Source: Candidatus Margulisiibacteriota bacterium | GTDB lineage: Bacteria; Margulisbacteria; WOR-1; O2-12-FULL-45-9; XYB2-FULL-48-7 | Length of the DNA stretch: 64,000 bases | Direction: 5' to 3' | Assembly: GCA_041658645.1 (NCBI GenBank) | Contig: JBAZZV010000004.1 | Span: forward strand, 112,552 to 176,551 | Shown here: piece after piece, positions 57,501 through 63,478 of the stretch | How the letters are laid out: every line of letters begins with the position of its first letter | How positions within the stretch are numbered: position 1 is the first letter of the stretch | Position numbers and translations under genes: made by a program | Notes under the pieces: model-generated | The model's database searches: none | What the model was told of the DNA's origin: nothing | Seen by the model: only the letters and a program-made list of their open reading frames with translations

Positions 57501-57703
57501 TGGTCGGGCCGGGCGGTGAATCGGTCTGGACGCGCCGGTTCACGGCCGGAGCCAACGGCGCCAGGGCCGGTTATAACGAAATAAAATTCAACGGCGTTTC
57601 GGATATAAGCGGCACCCAACTCGCCAACGGCATCTATGTTTATAAGATAGTGGCGGAGGGCAAAGTGATCGGCTCCGGCCATCTTGTCGTGTTCAATCAA
57701 TAA
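51596..57703 (+). CDS. Giant secreted surface protein: 3 right-handed beta-helix modules, 4 Ig/FN3-like repeats, a poly-Thr linker, Ig-like domains and a C-terminal FlgD-Ig/T9SS-CTD-like domain
   Basis: The ATG at 51596 gives signal peptide [20 protein letters not shown] (the track start GTG 51578 is less likely). NNTITNSY and GNTITAD-type parallel beta-helix repeats recur, along with 93-aa repeats containing [24 protein letters not shown]. The C terminus is [25 protein letters not shown]. Confidence 0.9.
   Translation: [2035 protein letters not shown]
52500..54900. repeat. Tandem repeat with exact 1,200-nt period inside the giant gene
   Basis: Lines 52741-52800 and 53941-54000 are 60/60 identical. 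Neighbouring 60-nt lines are 56-58/60 identical. A more diverged copy extends upstream to about 51650. Confidence 0.9.
55545..56385. repeat. Three tandem 279-nt (93-aa) Ig/FN3-like coding repeats; a fourth diverged copy lies at about 56680..56950
   Basis: GCCGAG(C/T)GC anchors are at 55552, 55831 and 56110. Confidence 0.85.
56951..57058. repeat. Poly-threonine coding low-complexity linker
   Basis: ACN-codon run encoding [37 protein letters not shown]. Confidence 0.9.
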
Positions 57704-57705
57704 AC

Positions 57706-60657
57706 ATGGCCTTGCCTTTAAAACGCGCATTATTACTTATTATTTTTGTCACGGCGTTTAGCTGCGCCGCCTCGGCCCAAACCAGGGTGGCCACCGACCC
57801 GTCGCGCATCGGGGTCGGGGCCCGCATTCTCGGTATGGGGAAAAGTTTTATCGGTTTGTCGGATGACGTGTCCGGCATGTTCATCACCCCGGCTTCGTTG
57901 TCCTCGATCAAGAATTTTCAGGCGACCACCATGTCCGGCCGCTTCATCAACGAATTTGATTATATGAACCTGGCGGCAGCTGCGCCGACAAAGTTCGGGA
58001 ATATCGGTTTGGGTCTGGCGGGCAGCAACATCAGCTTCCTGGGTTTTACCTCAACGACCGAAGTCCTCGACGGCACCAGGCTCATTCCCTCAACTACCGA
58101 AGGTTCGACGTATGGCTTCAACAACCGGGTCTATTTGCTTTCCTGGTCGGCCGGTTTGGGGGGGCTGCTGGAAAAATTGTCGCTGGGCGCCAGCTATAAA
58201 TTCTTTATGGTCGATCTTTCCGGCCCGGGAATAGTCGGCGGCCGGGCGAAGGGCAATGAATTGGACTTTGGCCTCAATTTTAAGCCGAGCGCTTCGGTCA
58301 GTACCGGACTGGTCGTCCAGAACGCTTTGCCCGCTGCCTGGGGCGGCAAAATTAGGTACGATAACGGCAACGAAGAAACCTTTCCCTCGATCTTAAAAGT
58401 AGGCTTGAGCTTAAAACTCCTGGGCGAAGACGGCTTCCGTAAAATAGGGAACAACGAGTTGTCCTTTAATCTGGATGAAGATATTTCCCCTCTCCGGCCG
58501 TCTCTGCCTGCGCTGACGCACACGGGCCTTGAGTGGTCGCCATTGCCGGTCATCGATTTAAGGGTTGGGATTGACCAGGAAACGGTGGGAACCGGCACCG
58601 GCAGCCAGTTGGAAGCTTCGAACAATTTGACCGCCGGAGTGGGTCTTTATTTTGGCGAATTTCGCTTTGATTACGCCTATCATCAATACTCGCAGCTGTC
58701 GGAAAACACCACCAATTATTTTTCCATCACCTACGGCGCGGCCAGAAAAAAAACTAAGCCGGGGCCACCCGTGAAAACGGCTTCATTTAAGCTTTCACCT
58801 GCCGACAAGAGCATTATGTATGGGGAGCTGGTCACGATCGAAGGCCGGGTGCTTAACAGGGAAATTAAGTCGGTAAAGGTGAACGGTCTCGAAGCGGCAC
58901 TGATAAACGATCAGTTTAAAATTGAATTCCCGCTGATTATGGGTAAGAATTTTTATCGGATTGATGGGTATGACGGCAGAAAAAAGCTTTTCGACAGCCA
59001 GAGGATCAGGCTCCTGCGGCTCAAGGATTTCAAAGATGTTCCGCCGGATTACTGGTCAGGCATTCCGATCGGCGCACTGGCGATGGAAAACATCGTCACC
59101 GGTTATCCCGACGGGACTTTCCAGCCGGAAGGGAACATCAGCCGTGCGGAGATGTGCTTGCTGTTGATCAAAACGAGGTCTTTAACCGCCGGCAACGAAC
59201 TTAAATTTCCTTTCAAGGATGTAGCGGCCGGGCACTGGGCGGCGCGGTCTATCGCACAGGCGGTTGATCTGGGTATCGTCAAAGGTTATCCGGATGGCAG
59301 GTTCAAGCCGAATGGCTTGATCAGCCGCGCGGAGGGAGTGGCCATGCTGTCCAGATTCGGCGGCTTACCAGCGGCCAAAGGAGAAAGTTTGCGTTTCACC
59401 GACGTGCCCGGCCGCAGCTGGGCTTATCGGGCGGTGGCGTCCGCGGACGAAGCCGGACTGCTGGGCTATTTGAAAGGGGATTTATTTGAGCCGGATAAAA
59501 AATTGACCCGTTCGGAAGCAGCCGCAATGCTGGCCGGGATCGCTCCGTTCTCTTTGCTGCTGGCCGACATTCTGGATTGGGAAAAGGAAACTTTCCGTCA
59601 ATTTTATCTGCCGGAGGCAATGAAACCGGCGGCAGTCAGGACCGAAGAAGTTAAACCTAAAATAATAACGCCCGAAGTAATTAAGCCGGTAGAAATTGGG
59701 CCGGAAACAATTAAAGCTGAAGCAATAAGGCCGGTTGAAGCTAAACCAACAGCAATTAGACCCGAAGCAATTAAAGCGGCAAAAATGGAGGAAGTTACGC
59801 CGGCAGAAGTCGAGAAGAAAGAGACCCGGAAATTTAAAAAGCCTTCTTTTTCAACCAGACCGATGGATAAAACTATTGTCTATAATTCCATCGTTACTTT
59901 TGAGGGGCAGGTTATCAACCCGGAAGTAACCAGGGTGCAAATTAATAATATCAAGATTGTTTTGTCGGGTAAAAAATATAAAGTCAGCCTGCTGCTGAAA
60001 CCGGGGAAAAATTCTTTTTCCATTAACGGCTATAACGCAAAAGGCAGACTGGTCGGCAGGCAAAGGATCAGGGTTTTGTCGCTTAAGGACTTTAGCGATG
60101 TCGTGCCGGGCCACCCGGCCAAAATGCGGATCGCGCTGGTAGCAACACTGGGAATAATGAGCGGTTTTGCTGACGGCACTTTTAAGCCCGGCTTAGATAT
60201 CAGACGGGCTGACTATTTAATTAAATTGCTGTCGCTCGGCAAAATACCTGCAGCCGGGTCGTCGGAACTGCCTTTTATCGATATAAAACCAACTGATCAG
60301 GCCGCCCCGTATATAAAAGCCGGTTATCAGCGGAAAATTATCACCGGCTATCCGGACAGGACTTTTCGGCCGAAGCGGCCCACCAGCCGCGCAGAAAGCG
60401 TCGTCATGTTGCTTAGGTTTACCCGGCAGGAATTGCCTCAGGTAAAAAACAAACCTTATCCAGATGCTCCGGTCGGGCATTGGGCGGTTCGGGAGATAAC
60501 AGCGGCCAAACAAACCGGAATGTTAAAATATGTGCTGATCAACTTTTATCCCAATCAGGCGATTAGCCGAGCAAATACGGCGGTCATGCTGTCCAATTTA
60601 GGGCCGATAAAGGACAGGATCGATGATCTCTTGGACTGGGAAAATGGTTATAATTGA
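57706..60657 (+). CDS. PorV/PorQ-like outer-membrane beta-barrel fused to two [Ig-like + 3x SLH] blocks
   Basis: 983 aa with signal peptide ...SCAASA. The N-terminal signature is GARILGMGKSFIGLSDDVSGMFITPASL, and the barrel-like region ends at NYFSITYGA. There are six SLH-like units, for example FKDVPPDYWSGIPIGALAMENIVTGYPDGTFQPEGNISRAEMCLLLIK. Confidence 0.85.
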   Translation: MALPLKRALLLIIFVTAFSCAASAQTRVATDPSRIGVGARILGMGKSFIGLSDDVSGMFITPASLSSIKNFQATTMSGRFINEFDYMNLAAAAPTKFGNIGLGLAGSNISFLGFTSTTEVLDGTRLIPSTTEGSTYGFNNRVYLLSWSAGLGGLLEKLSLGASYKFFMVDLSGPGIVGGRAKGNELDFGLNFKPSASVSTGLVVQNALPAAWGGKIRYDNGNEETFPSILKVGLSLKLLGEDGFRKIGNNELSFNLDEDISPLRPSLPALTHTGLEWSPLPVIDLRVGIDQETVGTGTGSQLEASNNLTAGVGLYFGEFRFDYAYHQYSQLSENTTNYFSITYGAARKKTKPGPPVKTASFKLSPADKSIMYGELVTIEGRVLNREIKSVKVNGLEAALINDQFKIEFPLIMGKNFYRIDGYDGRKKLFDSQRIRLLRLKDFKDVPPDYWSGIPIGALAMENIVTGYPDGTFQPEGNISRAEMCLLLIKTRSLTAGNELKFPFKDVAAGHWAARSIAQAVDLGIVKGYPDGRFKPNGLISRAEGVAMLSRFGGLPAAKGESLRFTDVPGRSWAYRAVASADEAGLLGYLKGDLFEPDKKLTRSEAAAMLAGIAPFSLLLADILDWEKETFRQFYLPEAMKPAAVRTEEVKPKIITPEVIKPVEIGPETIKAEAIRPVEAKPTAIRPEAIKAAKMEEVTPAEVEKKETRKFKKPSFSTRPMDKTIVYNSIVTFEGQVINPEVTRVQINNIKIVLSGKKYKVSLLLKPGKNSFSINGYNAKGRLVGRQRIRVLSLKDFSDVVPGHPAKMRIALVATLGIMSGFADGTFKPGLDIRRADYLIKLLSLGKIPAAGSSELPFIDIKPTDQAAPYIKAGYQRKIITGYPDRTFRPKRPTSRAESVVMLLRFTRQELPQVKNKPYPDAPVGHWAVREITAAKQTGMLKYVLINFYPNQAISRANTAVMLSNLGPIKDRIDDLLDWENGYN
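59641..59785. repeat. 15-nt periodic coding repeat (PE[AVT]IK pentapeptides)
   Basis: It encodes PKIITPEVIKPVEIGPETIKAEAIRPVEAKPTAIRPEAIKAAK between the two SLH blocks. Confidence 0.8.
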
Positions 60658-60683
60658 TTATGCTATAATATGTACCAGCTATT

Positions 60684-61058
60684 ATGATCAAAGGGATCGG
60701 CATAGATATTATCGAGATCGACCGGATCAGGTCGGCGGTCGAGACTTACGGCGAAAAATTCCTGGCGCGGGTCTTTACCGCCCGGGAGATCAGCTATTGC
60801 TGGCGCAGTAAAGCCTACCGGATCCCGGAACTGGCGGTCCGTTTTGCCGCTAAAGAAGCTTATTCCAAAGCGCTGGGGACAGGGATCACCGGGTTTGGCC
60901 GGCGGAACAGCGGGGTCAGCTGGCAGGACATCGAGATCGTCAATAATGTTCAGGGGAAACCGTTGATCTCCTTTAAAGGGATGCTGGCCGACAAAGCTCA
61001 AGTCAGCCTGTCGCACAGCCGCGATTACGCGGTCGCTACCGTATATGTTGAAGAGTGA
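60684..61058 (+). CDS. acpS: Holo-[acyl-carrier-protein] synthase
   Basis: 124 aa with MIKGIGIDIIEIDRI, FAAKEAYSKALG and SLSHSRDYAVA. Confidence 0.93.
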   Translation: MIKGIGIDIIEIDRIRSAVETYGEKFLARVFTAREISYCWRSKAYRIPELAVRFAAKEAYSKALGTGITGFGRRNSGVSWQDIEIVNNVQGKPLISFKGMLADKAQVSLSHSRDYAVATVYVEE

Positions 61059-61884
61059 AATAAAAAAAGTCCTGCCTAAAAGACACCCGGGGACCCACAA
61101 GGGTGATTACGGCCGCGTCCTGATCGTGGCCGGTTCAAAAGGGATGCTGGGCGCGGGAGTTTTGGCCGCGCGCGCCGCTTTGCGGGCCGGCGCAGGAGTC
61201 GTCTATTGGGCCGTGCCGGACGATCTGGTCAACTTAGCCAACACCATCACGCCGGAAATCATTGTCATCCAGCATAAACAGATCACAGAAATAAAAGTTG
61301 ATGTTGTCGCTATCGGTCCAGGTTTGGGAACATCGGAGCAAACCAAAAAACTTTTGTCGTTAGTCGTTAGCCTGCCTGCCGGCAAGGCAGGTCGTCAGTC
61401 GTTAGTTGTTATTGACGCTGATGCCTTGAACGTTATTGCCAAGCACCCCCAACTTTTGCCCAAGGACAAGAACAAGGACAAGAATATATTGACCCCCCAC
61501 CCAGGCGAAATGTCCCGTCTCCTTGGACAAAGCGTTGCTTCGATCCAGGCTGACCGCCCGGCTGCGGCTAAATTGGCAGCAGCCAAGTTCAACGCGATCG
61601 TGGTACTCAAGGGAGATAAAACGGTCGTGGCTAACCCGCAGGGGAAGGTTTACTTGAACAACACTGGCAATCCCGGTATGGGGACGGCCGGCTCGGGTGA
61701 CGTTCTAACCGGGCTGATCGCCGGTTTGCTCGGACAAGTCCCGTCCGCTTATGAGGCCGCCCAGATCGGCGTCTATCTGCACGGGCTGGCGGGCGACCTG
61801 GCGGCTAAAGAGAAAGGCGAGGTCAGCTTGATCGCTTCCGACCTTGTCGACTACGTTCCGGCTGCTGTATTACGTAACTCGTAA
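61045..61884 (+). CDS. ADP-dependent NAD(P)H-hydrate dehydratase (YjeF C-terminal type)
   Basis: 279 aa with HKGDYGRVLIVAGS, IDADAL, LTPHPGE and GNPGMGTAGSGDVLTG. It carries two low-complexity inserts. Confidence 0.9.
   Translation: MLKSEIKKVLPKRHPGTHKGDYGRVLIVAGSKGMLGAGVLAARAALRAGAGVVYWAVPDDLVNLANTITPEIIVIQHKQITEIKVDVVAIGPGLGTSEQTKKLLSLVVSLPAGKAGRQSLVVIDADALNVIAKHPQLLPKDKNKDKNILTPHPGEMSRLLGQSVASIQADRPAAAKLAAAKFNAIVVLKGDKTVVANPQGKVYLNNTGNPGMGTAGSGDVLTGLIAGLLGQVPSAYEAAQIGVYLHGLAGDLAAKEKGEVSLIASDLVDYVPAAVLRNS
61356..61411. repeat. Eight-unit phased heptamer array (GTCGTTA family) in frame in the dehydratase gene
   Basis: Units are GTCGTTA GTCGTTA GCCTGCC TGCCGGC AAGGCAG GTCGTCA GTCGTTA GTTGTTA. 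The central three units form the hairpin CCTGCCT/AGGCAGG. Confidence 0.8.
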
Positions 61885-61970
61885 TGCGTAACGTGTAATG
61901 CGTAATTGGTTATTGGAATTTGGATATTGATATTTGTTTTGAGGTTTGAAGTTGGATGTTTGAGGTTGTA
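61873..61970. repeat. Fourteen-unit phased heptamer array filling the nnr-mlaE spacer
   Basis: Units are CGTAACT CGTAATG CGTAACG TGTAATG CGTAATT GGTTATT GGAATTT GGATATT GATATTT GTTTTGA GGTTTGA AGTTGGA TGTTTGA GGTTGTA. It contains the dehydratase TAA stop. Confidence 0.85.
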
Positions 61971-61975
61971 TAAAG

Positions 61976-62755
61976 ATGCCATACAGAAAAGTCACTGAAA
62001 ATATCGGCAATAGAACGCTTCATATCCTGGAGATAGTGGGCGAGATCTCCAGTTTGGCCGGAAAAGTTGTTCGAGATATCTTTCGGGGCAAGGTCAACCT
62101 CAAGCTGACGCTCGAACAGATGGTCAAGGTCGGTTTCGATTCTCTTCCCCTGGCGCTGACCACTTCGGCCTTTGTCGGCATGGTCTTTGCCATGCAAATA
62201 GCGGCAGAATTTTCCAAGTTCGGCGCCGGGAAATTCGTGGGCGGGCTGATGGGGGTCGCGATCTCCCGGGAACTTGGCCCGGCGATTACCGGGATAGTGG
62301 TCGCGGCCCGCGTGGCCGCTTCTATTACCGCGGAGATCGGGACGATGAAGGTGACGGAACAGATCGACGCGATGGAAGCGCTGGGGGTAAGCCCGATCCG
62401 CTACCTGATCATCCCGCGGTTCCTGGCGACCACCCTGATGCTCCCGCTGCTGACCATTCTGACGATCATTACCGCTTTTATCGGCGGTTACTTTGTCTCG
62501 ATCTTCGTCGGCCGGATCAACCCGGTCGAATATATGGAAACGGCCCGCTCGCTCTCCAAATTGTCGGATCTTTACGGGGGATTGGCGAAAACAGCCGTTT
62601 TTGGCATGATCATTTCGATCGTTGCTTGCTACCGGGGACTGAATACCAAGGGCGGAGCCAAGGGGGTAGGCGAGGCGACCACTTCGTCGGTCGTGATAAC
62701 GCTGATCAGCCTCTTTATCGTGAATTACTTTTTGTCGATGTTATTATTTAGATGA
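61976..62755 (+). CDS. mlaE: Mla-type ABC transporter permease
   Basis: 259 aa with the MlaE pattern RELGPAITGIVVAARVAASITAEIGTMKVTEQIDAMEALGV. Confidence 0.9.
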   Translation: MPYRKVTENIGNRTLHILEIVGEISSLAGKVVRDIFRGKVNLKLTLEQMVKVGFDSLPLALTTSAFVGMVFAMQIAAEFSKFGAGKFVGGLMGVAISRELGPAITGIVVAARVAASITAEIGTMKVTEQIDAMEALGVSPIRYLIIPRFLATTLMLPLLTILTIITAFIGGYFVSIFVGRINPVEYMETARSLSKLSDLYGGLAKTAVFGMIISIVACYRGLNTKGGAKGVGEATTSSVVITLISLFIVNYFLSMLLFR

Positions 62756-63477
62756 TCAAATTCAACAAGCTGACCAAATATTTTGATAAAATAAAGGTCA
62801 TTGAAAAGTGCGACCTGCTTATCGAGGACGGCTCTTCCGTGGCGATCATCGGGCCGTCCGGTTGCGGTAAAAGCACTCTCTTGAGGCTGATCATTCGCCT
62901 GACCGAGCCGACCTCCGGCTCGGTCCTGGTTGATGGCCAGGAGGTCGGCCGGCTCGGAGGTGAGGGGCTGATCGAATTGCGCAAGAAGACCGGGATGATC
63001 TTCCAGACCTCGGCCCTTTTTGATTCCATGAACGTCTTTGAGAACGTCGCTTTCGCCCTGCACGAGCATACGAAAAAGAGCGTAACGGAAATCAGGAAGA
63101 TCGTCGCGGAGAAACTTAAAATGGTCGAACTGGAAGGGGTTGGCGACATGATGCCGTCGGAACTTTCGGGCGGGATGCAGCGCCGGGTCTGCATCGCCCG
63201 GGCGCTCGCTTTCGACCCGAAGATCATCCTCTACGATGAGCCGACCACCGGCCTCGACCCGATCACTTCTGTCACCATCGAGAATTTAATGGTAAAATTG
63301 AGCCAGGAGTTGAAGGTGACGTCGATTTTAGTCACCCATGTGCTGCAGACCGTTTATCGGGTGGCGCATAAGGTCTACATGCTCAACAATGGCGAGCTGC
63401 TCGACATCGGGACGCCGGAGCAGGCCAGGAACTCTAAGGATCCGGTCGTGGCTAAATTTATTTCGGGAGGTTTGTAA
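62752..63477 (+). CDS. mlaF: Mla-type ABC transporter ATP-binding protein
   Basis: 241 aa with Walker A GPSGCGKST, signature LSGGMQRR and Walker B ILYDEPT. Confidence 0.92.
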   Translation: MIKFNKLTKYFDKIKVIEKCDLLIEDGSSVAIIGPSGCGKSTLLRLIIRLTEPTSGSVLVDGQEVGRLGGEGLIELRKKTGMIFQTSALFDSMNVFENVAFALHEHTKKSVTEIRKIVAEKLKMVELEGVGDMMPSELSGGMQRRVCIARALAFDPKIILYDEPTTGLDPITSVTIENLMVKLSQELKVTSILVTHVLQTVYRVAHKVYMLNNGELLDIGTPEQARNSKDPVVAKFISGGL

Positions 63478-63478
63478 T

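Noticed and set aside
51596-60657. Lower-GC surface-protein region as a prophage or genomic island.
   Set aside because: There is no integrase, transposase, phage gene or flanking tRNA or att-like repeat. Flanking genes (ilvE, acpS) are ordinary, and the compositional shift is only judged by eye.
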